Shown here piece by piece: positions 41,361 to 55,005 of a DNA stretch of 64,000 nucleotides. The notes under the pieces are model-generated. The model did not search any database. It worked only from the letters and a program-made list of their open reading frames with translations, and had not been told where the DNA came from. Position numbers and translations under genes: made by a program. The DNA is from the human T2T-CHM13v2.0 reference genome, Homo sapiens: assembly GCF_009914755.1 (NCBI RefSeq), contig NC_060927.1, one strand, 5' to 3'. Each line of letters opens with the position of its first letter. Positions within the stretch are counted from its first letter, which is position 1.

Positions 41361-41880
41361 TGTTATCACTCAAAATACAGTGTAAGAAACAGGAGCCACA
41401 TTAGGTATTTTAATCGAGATTAAATAGAGACAATTAGATGTTTACAAAAATTTAGGACTAGAGGAGAGGTAGACCTTAATCTTAAACTGCAGGTTTGTCT
41501 ACTAGAACTGACCCCCCAGGGAAGCTACTCTGAAAGTCAGAATTTGAATTTAAGAATAAACTCTGTGCCCTCAACTGCTATCTAGAATTTAGAAATCCAA
41601 AGGCATTGCTACTACTCTATCTTTTGACATCCAGAAAGCTGGAGAATAGATACCATAGGCACTGGAAACTAGTGTAAAGAATCTTCATGTTAATAAACAT
41701 TGCTTTGTCCAAGAAGGAAAATCAAAATAGCCCCCAAAGAGCAAATAGCTGGCTTCCCTTTCATTTACCTGCAGTTTCCAATTCCATGAAAATGCATTAA
41801 ATAGATGGGGCCTAATTTACAGATTGAAAAAGAATGGATGACGGCTGATTTATTTAATTCCTGGTGTTCACTACACTATA
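41361..41880 (-). mobile_element. Old ERVL-type LTR (family uncertain)
   Basis: Start 'tgttatcactcaaaatacagtgtaagaaacaggagccacattaggtattt' resembles ERVL-class LTR antisense ends. Confidence 0.3.
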
Positions 41881-42559
41881 CAAGAAAAATCAAAATACCC
41901 AAACACGATTTTTTTCTGTGTTATAGAATGATAATTAGAAAATATATGTACACACACAGATATACTATGCACACATATGTTGACTTTTCCAATTTACAAC
42001 CATAAACTATAGTGTTAAATGTACGTTCATAAAGTTATTTTGAACAGATAGAAATAATTTGGGCAAAAATGTGAGGATATTATCCTAACATCTATTTAAA
42101 TTATGTCAATAATTTCATTCCTATGTTCACTAAGACAGATGGTGAGTAGTGTGACTTCACTTGCCAGCATGGTGGGTAAATTGTATTTAAGGCTTAATAT
42201 TGTTTTTGGAGGGTATTCATCTTTCACCTTATAGGAAAGGTAACTGGAAGTGCAGTTTTTAAACTGAAATAGCTGCAAAGCTGGGCATAAAATAGCCATA
42301 ATGCATAAATACTTATGATCCCTAATACGCTCCCATGCTTATTTCTTAGGATTTTTATTTGTTTACTTATCTAGACATAATACTGGATTGCTGATTTCTC
42401 CATTTTAATGAGGGAAGAGCTGGCCTTTATACTGAGTGATGCAAATTACTTCCTATATAGTGAAATTTGAGTGGCTATAATTGACCACTATACATAAAAT
42501 TTTCCCTAGCTACTACCTTATAATTTCTAAAGTTCTTGTCCTCAGCACTGATGACCATA

Positions 42560-42754
42560 ACAATATGGTTATCCAACTTATAGGGCTGTGTTTGGATTTT
42601 GTACATATGGAATTGAACCACACTCACATAAACACATAAACGTTTTTATTGCTGTTTTTCTATTTACTCTGTCTTTTCACAATTAGAATATTTTTCAGTG
42701 TTACCTAATTGTGAATATTTTAAAGAATTGCCAGATTTTCTTTCAGTTTTCAAA
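42560..42754 (+). repeat. Dispersed direct repeat, copy 1
   Basis: Aligns by eye to 45294-45477 with long identical blocks (ttttgtacatatggaattgaaccaca; cttttcacaattagaatatttttc; taattgtgaatatttta). Confidence 0.9.
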
Positions 42755-42968
42755 ATGCTTCCTAATACTCTTGTTAGCTGGGTTGATGCCATTGAAAGGA
42801 TTTGATTAACTTTTTTTTATATAAAACCTACTGTCAAGAGATTTCAAGATCTCAAAGAACTGTGATAAATTTTTATGGGTCAAATTTAGAACAACAAAAT
42901 GTCAAGATTCTGATCTTGTGTCTGGTATCAAATGGGTGCTTTTGTTTCCACCAAGCAACAGAACAGGG

Positions 42969-43346
42969 CGTTGTGAGCTGAATTGTGCCCCTGCCCATTC
43001 ATATGTTAAAGTCTTATCCTCTAAGCTCCTTAGAATGTAGACTGTATTTGAAGACAGGGTCTTTAAAGAGATAACTAAATTAAAATGAAGTCAGTATGGT
43101 GAGACCTAATCCAGTATGACTGGTGTGCTTACAAGAAAAAACAGATGTACAGAGGGAAGAACATGTGAAGATGTAGGGAGAAGGCGGCTATCTACAAGCC
43201 AATGAGAGAGACCCCAGAAGAAACCAATCCTGCAAACATTTTGATCTCAGACTTCTGTCCTTCGGAACTATGAGACAAATAATTTCTGTTGTTTGAGCCA
43301 CCTAGTCTATGCTATTCTGTTATGGTAGCCCTAGCAAACAAATACA
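42969..43346 (+). mobile_element. MLT1B-like solo LTR
   Basis: 'ttgtgagctgaattgtgcccc...agacagggtctttaaagag...ctaatccagtatgactggtgt...gccctagcaaacaaataca'. Confidence 0.85.
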
Positions 43347-43654
43347 AGTATGGCTTTGAGAAATCTGTGAGGGAATGTCAAGTACCTTCGTTGGAGATAA
43401 GGGTGGCTAAAATGTTGAGCACACTTTGTCTTAAATTACTTGCTTAATGGGGCTGTAAGGATTAATGATTTCTCATTCAGAAAAAACAAAATCATGTGCA
43501 CTTATTCTATTACTATTTTCTCAGGTGCCATATTTAATATGTAACAATATAGGCTATATTTCCTAAGAGTTCATTCAACATAGTATATTATAGCTAAGAA
43601 TTTCAACACTGCCATTTTTGTTTCTCCTAAGAAAGCTGCAATATAGCAAAACTC

Positions 43655-43694
43655 TTTTTCTTCTTCTCTCTCCCCTCCTCTCTCTCTCTCTCTG

Positions 43695-43725
<31 letters not shown>

Positions 43726-43751
43726 TGCACACACACACACACACACACACA
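43655..43751. repeat. (CT)n(CA)n compound microsatellite
   Basis: Directly visible. Confidence 0.95.
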
Positions 43752-43763
43752 GGTTCACGCATG

Positions 43764-43890
43764 TAGAGATGAATTTACCTAGACGCTAAAGAGAATTAAC
43801 CTTCAGGGCTGTCATATGCTCATGATCTGTTCCTAAATTTGTGTTTGTAAATTTATGTTACTGTTCTTGTATTAGAAATAGCCCCCATGC
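43764..43890 (+). mobile_element. hAT-Tip100-like MITE fragment (Arthur1/MER69-like)
   Basis: 'agagatgaatttacc...gctaaagagaattaaccttcagggc...cctaaatttgtgtttgtaaatttatg'. Confidence 0.35.
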
Positions 43891-45293
43891 CAACGTAGGA
43901 TATTCCTTTGTATGTGTGCATGTCTATGTATAAATGTGTTTTATCTCTATTTGAACTAGAAAGAAAATCAATGTTTATAATTGTCACCTTCTTTAAGCTC
44001 TGCGGTAGTTGACTACTTGATAGAAAGCACCATATCTTAGTCATCATAGTTACTTCAGAGCCTTAACAGAATTCCTACCAGATAGAAATGACTGTAAAAA
44101 TAGTGTTATTGAAAGAAGGGAAGAAAAATAGACAGAATAATCCAAAGAGAAATTAATAATTTATCAGAAATGAAGGGTTTACAGATTCTTTAAGTAAAAA
44201 ATTAGAAGAAAAATGAATTTAAAGCATACAATAGTACAAAGTAAACATTGAAATGTACTTTGTAGACAAGATGATCTCATTATGAATGGAGATTATATAG
44301 TCTTATCTATGATATTGAAGTTTTAAATTGACTTCTAATAAGTAGAATAAATATATCTGTCTTGTTCAGTTACTAGTATTTCATATTTATATATTATGCA
44401 TATTTCACGGAAATGTCCTTTAGAAGTCAATTTTATGTGTTTTTCTAATATGATAGAATATTTTTAAAAATATATCATTAGAGATATCTACTAGCTTTTT
44501 CACTAGTGTCTGCTTGTATGCATGCTCTATTTGATTTTGGCATCACTTGAGTAAGCATCAAAGGAACATAGATTTAAACTCAGGAGATCATTAATGAAAA
44601 CTCAAACATGGCTTACCATGTTAGAGTCATAAAACTTGTGTGCAAATTACGGGTACGTTACTTTTAATTCAGCTAAGAAGTTAGCTGAGGAGACCACCAT
44701 ATAGTTCTGCCTTGATAGAGTTCGTATTTCCTGAAGCATAATGAAGAGCAAACACGGAAATAGCATATCAGCTGCCAAGAGTGGCCGAAAAAAATTGGCT
44801 GACTGAAATTGGCTGGCTAACAGGAACGTAAAAGCTTTATATTGTATGAGTATCTATTTTCATTGCCTGATCTCACTTAACAAGAAAAAAAAGACCCCAA
44901 AGCTTGATTTCCGGGATCCTATAAACTATTACGTTTGGAAATTTTAGAAGCATAGAATTTTAGTTTATGAGCATCTGGAAACAAGGATAGGAATCAAGAG
45001 TGTTCATTTATCAACAAGATTATGCTGATTTTTTCTCTTTCTATTGCTGATGATACATAGGGAAGAGAAGAAGGGAGATGCTCATTAGTTCATTTGCTGG
45101 CGTTGTTCATGGTTTCTCCTATCTAGAAGTCATGGTATAAAATGTTGGGGTCGTACATGTCATTTTATCTTGTAGGTTTATGTTTCACCTTCAAAAAAGG
45201 CTGAATATGATGATCTATAATTAATTACATTTATTTTTTAGACAGGACTTTCCCACCAAAAGGCATCTTCATGCAAAAATTTAGAGATGTCAG

Positions 45294-45477
45294 ACAATAT
45301 GGTTTTTCAACTTATAGAGTTGTGTTTGGTTTTTGTACATATGGAATTGAACCACATTCACATAAACATTCTTATTGCTGTTTTTTCCATTTACTCTGCC
45401 TTTTCACAATTAGAATATTTTTCTGTGATATAATTGTGAATATTTTAGAGAATTGCCAAATTCTCTCAGTCTTCAAA
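45294..45477 (+). repeat. Dispersed direct repeat, copy 2
   Basis: See copy 1 at 42560-42754. Confidence 0.9.
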
Positions 45478-46760
45478 GTTTAGCATGTTAGAGGTAGAGA
45501 GGCATGAACTTTCAGAGAGTAGCAGACTGTTAAATCTGTCTGCATATTACATTGAGCTACACCGAGCATCGGGTTAACTATTATAGAAGCAGGGAATGGT
45601 GATTACCAAAAAAATGAGAATATTAACTATACCCAAAGCATTAAGCTGAACTAAAGCAAGGACATATAAGTGGGGAAGGGCAGGCATTTGAGGATGTTAG
45701 TCTATATGAGCATGCAAACCTCAAGAGACAAGGGAGGAAACCACAAGAAGAAAAAGTCAAAATATATAATTAGAAACGAGTCAATTGATAAACAGATAAT
45801 AATTACTAGAGAAAGACATTACATTGTATTTAAGTCAAATCATCAGCAAGATAATATTCTGTCTAAATATAAATGTGTAGATTACAAATTCGTTATCTTT
45901 GATAAATGAAATTGTCTGTCTGTTGATAGTAAACTTGATTTACCGGTATGAAGAGGTTTAAAGCATTGTGGATTGAATTAAGCAGTTCCAACTAAACTGC
46001 TATAGTACACAGAACAACTTATCAATTATCCAAATCACAGCAGTTAGGGAATCTCTTAGAAAATCTATCCTAAGAACAGACTATGTATTTGACAAACGGC
46101 AGCATATTTTGAAGAACATATTTCAAAACATGTTATTCATCACATAACTAATTTAACAATATTACAGAATAGTTGAAATTTAATGACAATTTAAGTAAAA
46201 TTTTTGAAGAGAGTTAAACCATATCTTTTCTATTTGAAAAAATTAATTCAAACTGTGAATAAAGCTAATACTTACAGATACTAAATCTATCAATAGTACA
46301 TTAAAAGATTTGAGAGTTAGTGATACTCCTTTATAGCGCATATTTTAAATGAAATGTATCACCTCAACTAATTTGTCTGTCCAACGGATATTTGAAAGCT
46401 ATCATTGACAGAGTATTCTTTTTCCGTCTTATCATTTGTTTTTCAAGCTAGAGGGACTATCATAAACCAAGCAAAATGAAGATATAATAATCCTACTCCT
46501 TGTTCATGCATGTTATTTTAGTAAACTTTCACGCTTCATGGTTCTCTCACATATATAATTTTATTTCACCTTATTGCTAAATTTAATATTTTATTTTATT
46601 CTTATAACATTCTTGTAATATAGATAGAGCAAGTAATGTCTATTTCAGCTTACAGATTAAGCTGCCATAACTAATTTTTAAAAAACGTTTACAGCTTTTA
46701 TATGAATAACCTCTGTGACATAAAATATATTTTAAAAATGCTTAAAACATTTTAGAAGAG

Positions 46761-47215
46761 TATAGTGAGGGTGCCATTCCCCAACTCCCAAAAAATGTTC
46801 ATTTTCTAACCCCTGAAACTCGTGAATGTTTCCTTATTTGAATAGAGTCTTGGCAGATGTAGTTACATTCAGAATCTTAAGATAAGATTATCTTGGATTT
46901 AGTGTAGGTACTAAATCTGGTAACAGGTGTCCATATGAGGCCTTATAAGAGAAAGGCAGCGGGAAATTTGAAACACACAGAGGAGCAAACCATGTAAAGA
47001 CAGAGGAAGAGACTGGAACTTTGCAGCCCCAAGCCAAGGAGCCACCCGAAGCTAGAAGAGGCAAGGAAGGAGCCTCCCCTAGAGCCTTTGTAGGGTGTGT
47101 GTGGCTCTTCTGACACCTTCATTTTAGACTTCGCCCTCTAAACCTGTCAGAAAACAAGTTTCTTTAGTTTTTAAGCTGTTGTGATTTGTTACAACAGCCC
47201 TAGAAAAACAATACA
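46761..47215 (+). mobile_element. MLT1C-like solo LTR
   Basis: 'gaagctagaagaggcaaggaaggagcctcccctagagcctt', ends 'gccctagaaaaacaataca'; perfect TSD AAGAG 46756-46760 and 47216-47220. Confidence 0.9.
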
Positions 47216-48469
47216 AAGAGTATTACATAAGATAGTAATTTGTAAGAAAGCCACCATATATCGTTTTCTTCCTCCAGATAGTTGGATATTTGTACAAATA
47301 CTATATTTTACTTGCCTAAGCTAAAATCTACAATTCAAAATTTCATATAGAAAATTTGATCATATTATGGAAAATGTACTTATTTTTCTAATACAAATAA
47401 TGTATCAGGTCTGCCCTTATATTCTAAAATACTGCATTTAAAAATTGAACAAATGCTCACAGGGCATATATTATCATATTTTACATATAAATGGATATTT
47501 TAAGCCTAACTGCATATGAACACTAGACAATTTCAACCCATGTGTGTACTTATCAGTTTTTGTGGTTCTGAGAAAGTGATTTAGACTACGAGTATGTGAA
47601 CTTTAAGCCATTCTTCTCATACATTTTTTTTCTCTATCTAGAATAGACAGGGCTTTTTGACTAAAATTTGTTACAGCATGCGAGCAACAGAGCATCTCTC
47701 ATCAATTGTCTTCAAGTGGTCAAATTCGATAAAGGCAATTATAGCCTGAGCAATGATAATCATTTTGTATCTAATAAAGCAGAGTAAGTGAACATTACAA
47801 CTCAACAACAATTTATAGCATTGGGCATAATGTGTGAGGTCAGATGCAGGGGACATTTCTAACTCAGGATGACTAAGTGTTCAGCTTGAGCCAGGAATCT
47901 ATAGAGTCAAATTCAGGCAGCAACTTGAATGTTCTGAAAATGAAATCTTTCTTTATATTGAGTGTAGTGTTTAAAGATTTCATAGGACTCTACTGGGCAG
48001 TACTTCAGTAACAAGCACATACTATATTATACTGTACCTTAGACAGGTTAAGATACCTTGTTCATAATTTAAAAAGTGATTGTTTAAAACTTAATAGATT
48101 CTTCCACAGGCTACACTAGAGAGTAGAGGTTTATGGTGTCCACTGAATCAATTTTGTCAGTCTGTAAATTGGTATGAATTGTCTCCTAGAGGCATATAGT
48201 TGTGCACATAGCATTGTTTCTATTTTACTGGAATAATGTAGACCTATGCATGCTCTACCATTGTACCATTGAAATATGATGAAGTCAGTTTACATCTATT
48301 GATGACGCATGCATTGAATGGTTGTAGAGAAGTTCTAAGCTCTTGAAAGCTAGTTTTAAATTGCTTTTCTGCATAGCTATCTGTGTAAACTGGATTCTAT
48401 TTTTTAAAGGCTTTGTCTTCCTTCAGAATGTGCTTCTGCATTCTAGAATACTTATAATGCTTACATATT

Positions 48470-48630
48470 GTCTCTTTTGATACCTACAACCACATTGGGA
48501 AGAGATATTTTAGAGAAATTATTATTATGATTCAGTTTTCAAATTAATCAATTTAGACTATGAGAAGTTTATGAATTGCCCAAAGTTATGTGAAGAAATC
48601 AATGTAAAAGGATCTTTTTTCTGACACTCT
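48470..48630 (-). mobile_element. MIR fragment
   Basis: 'attattatgattcagttttcaaat...tgagaagtttatgaattgcccaaagttatg'. Confidence 0.45.
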
Positions 48631-48909
48631 ACCTTGAATATCACTTTTCTCATGAGAACATTCTGATAGGGTTACAGGCTTCCTGGGAGTTTAAACCAGA
48701 AATTGATATAATGCCTGAGGTTACCTGGAGGAGTTTTTGTGGGTTGCCTGTACCTGTAATAACCTAATGCAAATTTTTATATATTAGAATTATAGATTTT
48801 AGGATTTTGGTATTAGAATATGCCGTAGGATATATGAGCATTCTCAGTAAATCAGAATATAGGAACACAGAGATAAAAACAAGAAGCCAACTTCAAGCAT
48901 ACACTATAT

Positions 48910-49356
48910 TTGTCGGTGTAAGTCAGATTTTGTTGTGGTAAAAAATAAGCTAAAATAACCCTCAAACATAGTGGCTTAAAACAATGTGATTGTTACTTTA
49001 ATTGTTTAAGTTACTCACACACAAAAACATCTAATGTAATTGGAGTGTGTGAGAAGAGATTGGAAGAGGGGTACGTGAGCATTATTTGCTGTGATCACTT
49101 AGGAGCTCAGGCCGAGGAAACTCCTTCTCAAAACACTCTTCCATGTTTACTGTGACATAGAAAGGATATAGCTTCAGAATCTCTCTTCTGCAATTAAATA
49201 CTTCAGCATGCAAGTGGTTTGCATCACTTCCACCCATAAGTCATTCACCAGAAGTAGTCATACTTCAGTTCAAAAGGGTGAGAAAAATACAATATTCTTT
49301 GTGTCTGGAAGGAGATAAAAGCCAGACATCAGTGAGCAGTTGAAATGTATGTCACA
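48910..49356 (-). mobile_element. Old MLT1 (I/J-like) LTR
   Basis: 'aaataaccctcaaacatagtggcttaaaacaa', 'catcacttccacccataagtcattcaccagaagtagtca'. Confidence 0.6.
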
Positions 49357-49605
49357 GACGTGAGGTAGACTATTTTTTTTAAGGTTAGTGCTCAACTTTC
49401 GGAGTGTAATGTAGATAGTTCAATGTAAGATAACTAATATGTTCAAAATCCAAGAAGTAAAAGAGGTCTTGGCATTTATTGGGACTAGTCTCTAATCAAT
49501 GCAGGAATTTCTTTTTAAATAGGCTGTGAATTATTCTTGAATATTTCAGTGATGGGGTGTTGACTATTTGACCTAGTAGCTGTTATTCCATTGGATGACT
49601 CTACT

Positions 49606-49644
<39 letters not shown>

Positions 49645-49955
49645 TTTTTGGGATGGAGTTTCATTCTTTCACCCAGGTTGCAGTGAAGTGGCATGATCTT
49701 AGCTCACTGCAACCTCCACCGCCTGGGTTCAAGTGATTCTTCTGCCTCAGCCTCCCAAATAGCTGGGATTACAGGCGTGTGCCACCACACCCGGATAATT
49801 TTTTTAATTTTTATTTTTATTTTATTTTTATTTTTAGTAGATACGAGGTTTCACCATGTTGGCTAGGCTGGTCCCTAACTCCTGACCTCAGGTGATCCAC
49901 CCACCTCAGCCTCCCAAAGTGCTAGGATTACAGGCATGAGCCACTTCTCCCAGCC
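49606..49955 (-). mobile_element. AluS (Sx/Sq-like) with (TTTA)n tail and expanded linker
   Basis: Full antisense Alu; perfect TSD TGGATGACTCTACT at 49592-49605 and 49956-49969. Confidence 0.95.
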
Positions 49956-50307
49956 TGGATGACTCTACTATTAAAGCTTATTTATATTGATCTTCTCTGC
50001 GTCTACGAAACTGAAGCTGTCACTTAACAACCCCTGTTTCACCTTCTGAGCACAATATAACATTACAAATGGATTTGACACAAAATAAGGACACTAGTTG
50101 AAGCAGTATTTAAGAAGCTGCAGGCTATAAAGCTAATAATAATCACCAGATGAAACACCTCCAGCAAAGCTGCAACTGGCTCTTAGTATATGTTATCTTG
50201 TTTCTGTACCTCATCAGGTGACCTGCACCCCTCACCTTGTGAATTCCACAGGGGAACTCTTAGATTGGAAATACAATTGATCATCTTTGTACTCCTAAAA
50301 AATGCAA

Positions 50308-51078
50308 CCCTGAAACTACATTGAGATACCACTTTATAACCAATAAGATAGCTATTACCAAAAACATCAGAAAATAACAAAAGTTGGCAATATTGCGGGA
50401 AAATTGAAACCCTTGTGCATTGCTGGTCAAATGTAAAATGGTGCAGTCTTGGTGAAAATCAGTACAGAGTTATCTCAAAAATTAAACACCGAATTACTGT
50501 ATGATCCAGCAAGTCCACTTATGGCTCTATGACTAAAATAATTGAAAGCAGGGACTTGAACAGATATTTGTATATTCACATTCATAGCAGCATTATTGAC
50601 AACAGCTGGAAGGTGAAAATAACTCAAATGTCTATTGACAAATGAATAGATAAACCTAATGTGCTATATACATACAATGGAATATTATTTAACCTTGAAA
50701 GTAATGAAATTCTGACACATGCTAAAACATGGTTGAATCTTGAAGAAATTTTGCTAAGGGAAACAAATCAGACATAAAAAGACAAATATTGTAAAATTCA
50801 GTGTATGTGAAATGCCTAGAGAACCTGAAATTCATAGAGAAAGAAAGTAGAATGGTGAATGCCAGGGGCTGGGTGAAGCAGGTATGAGTAACTATTGTGC
50901 AGTGGGTATAGAGTTTCAGTTTGGGAATATAAAAATGTTCTGAAGATCAATGGTAACATTGATTGCACAACAATGTGAATATATTTCCTGCTACTAAACT
51001 GTACACCTAAGATTGTTAAAAAGGTAAATTTTATTTTATGTATATATTACCAGAGTAAGAAAAAAAAAAACAGAAAAG
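50308..51078 (+). mobile_element. L1MB-like 3' fragment
   Basis: ORF2 end/3'UTR ('gcagggacttgaacagatatttg', 'agagtttcagtttgggaa'), A-rich tail; candidate TSD AAAAAATGCAA 50297-50307 and 51079-51089. Confidence 0.85.
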
Positions 51079-52670
51079 AAAAAATGCAAGTCTGTTTCAT
51101 ACTGAAGGATTTTTTTCAAGGTCTTTAAAAAAGTAAATAATTTCCCAAGAGACTTAAACAGACATGTTTGAGTTACATGTGCAAAATATACATGTAATCA
51201 GAGGTCCCAAATATGTCAGTATAAACAGGAAGATAAAATAAATGCAGTCTAACTCCAAGTATTGATCATGATTTAGAGCATAAAATGGATCAACTATTAA
51301 AGTACTATCCTCGATATGCAAATAGCTGTTTATACAGGATCTGCTCAAATTATGCATGGTTTTCTAAATTACTAACCCATTCAGAAGGTGATAGCAAAAA
51401 TAAGTTTTACTTATTAGATTATTTACTTAGAGCTAATCAGCCTCAAAATATTTGTAAAATAATAAGACCTAAATTGAACTTAATTCCAACTGAAAATATG
51501 TCCTCACAATTCTAGTACTTGTCCAAATAACATAGCTACAATCATCAATGCACTCTGCTTTCCTTCTCCACTGAAATGAGTCACTCTTATTTATCCTCCT
51601 TCCCAGACAGTGCATTTTGTTGTGTTTTATTGCTCCAAGAGGTGAGAATCCAAGAAATGAAGCACCTGCAATTATCTTTCCACACAAATGATTGATGTCT
51701 CATGCTACCCCAATTTGCCCTCATCTCTGGTTTTCGCTTTCATGCCCTTGCTGCCTGGTAATCTTGGATCCATGCCTGACACAAGTTGATTGTTGTCAGG
51801 ATAAAATCAAACATCTAAATTAAAAAAAAAATGTGAGTAAGAAAAAGTCACATGGTAAAGTGAGGCTACAAAATCTGAAATGTAAATCCTCCAGAAAAAA
51901 AAAAGATGCAAGTGGAAGGTAATAGTTTGTAGAAGAATGAACAAAGAGAATTTGGAGTATGGATGCAAAATTTGAGACAGAATGAAGGGATAGGAGTCAA
52001 GAGTAGCTGGCCTCTTGCATTCTTGATAAACAAGTAAATCTACAAAGGGAGGATTCCAGACTCTGTATATAAATGATCAGATATCGGGTATCTGGAATTA
52101 AGCATTGGTTTTTTAGGTGTTTTTTACAAAAGAGATTCTCCTTTATTAGGTATGCTTCTTCTACCTTTCATCTTCTAACTTTTTACCTTTCTTCTACCTT
52201 TACCTTCATTTTTCCTTCCTTTTTTATTCCTCTATCCTTTCTCTATTCCTTTGTTCTTATTTTAAATTTCCATTTTAATTGATTTGCTTTCACTCATCAA
52301 TTTGCATTACTTCCAACTTGTCCTGATTTTGCATTAATCATTATCTTCTGCTTTCCATCAGCCCGACTCCATTACCCATTGATTGCACTGTTTTTCTTAC
52401 CTTTTCCCATCATCCCATGTTTCTGATGTTCTATATTTGCTCATCACAAATATGGCCATTTCAATAACACTTTGATTTGAATGTAACCTATCTATACTCA
52501 CCCGCTTTTAACACTGATTTGAACGTAAACTATCTATACTCATCCATTTTAAAGTGTTTTCAAATCATCTATTATAGAATAAATGGTAAATAAACCTGAT
52601 GGCTCTTTTTTGTCTATATAAAATTTCTTAATGGAAGTTTCATGAATATTCAATATAAGTGGAATAATTT

Positions 52671-53327
<657 letters not shown>

Positions 53328-53380
53328 GTCATGCCAGTGTGATCCACGGTAGATTGATATCTTTCTTTCAAGCATTTTAA

Positions 53381-53718
<338 letters not shown>

Positions 53719-53849
53719 TTCTTACTTTCATTATTACTTTTATTTAAGAAAATACATATTATCATACCCAAAGACTTAAAAGAATCGTCATCTGGAAGAG
53801 ATATGACTGTCAATCATGGTATCAGCGAAGGAGAAAATGATTTTGGAGA

Positions 53850-54280
53850 GAAGCTATTGAGGGAAACCGAGTGAATGCATTCAAGGTTTAGCAACAATGG
53901 GAACAGAATACACTCCCAGGTCTGATGAGGAAAGGGAGAATTATGGTATGACTGGAGCCTTGAGTGAGCTGAAAACACAGAAGGGGCAGTGCCTCACCTG
54001 AACTATTGCTGTAGGCAAATACAACTGCACTCAGAACCATGGCAACAACGCATTCAGTTTGTGGAAAAAAGAAATATTTACACCTTCCTCTTCTCCAGCA
54101 CTTTGATCTCACCAATTTATTCCATTGGCCAGATCCTATAGGAAACTACATAAGCATGGCCATGGAGCTTATAATGGTCAGAATCTCCCATATCCAAAGC
54201 ATAGGGCAATGTCATACACTCATAAAAGGTGGAGATTCAATAGGTGTGAGAGTGAGAACCAAACAAAGGGAACCAAACAA
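53850..54280 (-). mobile_element. Old ERVL LTR (LTR33/LTR16-like)
   Basis: 'ccttcctcttctccagcactttgatctc...tccattggccagatcc...ggtcagaatctccca...aggtggaga' loosely resembles these LTR ends. Confidence 0.35.
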
Positions 54281-54292
54281 GATTAGTTAGCC

Positions 54293-54530
54293 CAGAGATT
54301 AGGCAAATGTTTTCTGTAAATGGCCAGAAGGTAAATATCTTAGGCTTTGTGGACCACACAGTCTCTGATGTAACTACTCAAGTATGCTTCTGTATAGAGA
54401 AAGTAGTTATAGATAATACATAAATGAACAGGTGTGACTGAGTTCCATTACATTATTTACAATAATAAGCAGCTTATTATTATTTACAATAATAAGAAAC
54501 ATTATTTACAATAATAAGTTTTGGCCCCTG
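54293..54530. mobile_element. MER58A hAT-Charlie MITE with rearranged end
   Basis: 'ggcaaatgttttctgtaaatggccagaaggtaaatatcttaggctttgtggaccacacagtctctgatgtaactactcaa...cccctg'. Confidence 0.8.
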
Positions 54531-54559
54531 ATTTAGGGCATAGCCCTTGGACTAAGATG

Positions 54560-55005
54560 GAAAGTTTTAAATGATTACTCCACAAATACATAGCTCAGAC
54601 TGCTTTTTAACATCAAACATAATTTCCTGCCAGCTAAAAATGACATTTCCCGACAGCTAAAAATGACATTTCCCAACATCCTTCATATCTAGGTATAGTT
54701 CTGTGGCTAAGTCCTAGCCAATGGAATGAGTAAGAGCGATGTATGCAACTTCCGAGTTTTCTTCACAGGAAAGCATGTGCCCTTCATGTCTTTCCTCTAT
54801 CATGCTTTTCAAAATTTGGACCCAGTGAATATGGTGCTGGGTCATCTTTGGACATGTGGAGAAAAAGAAGTAGCCTATATCACCAATACCCTGGAGCCAC
54901 CCTGCTTACCCTTGGGTGTCTATTCTGATTTCGAGAATGTTATATAATCCCATCTCTTATTTAAGCTACTGTTCTTTTCAAGTCTTGATTTAGTAGTTGA
55001 ACTTA
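54560..55005 (+). mobile_element. Old MaLR/ERVL LTR (MLT1J-like)
   Basis: 'cagctaaaaatgacatttcccaacatccttcatatctaggtatagttctgtggctaagtcctagccaatggaatgagtaagagcgatgtatgcaacttcc'. Confidence 0.55.

Noticed and set aside
54452-54518. Spaced direct repeats resembling a CRISPR array
   Set aside because: Eukaryotic context, spacers only 4-9 nt, lies within a MER58A, no cas genes
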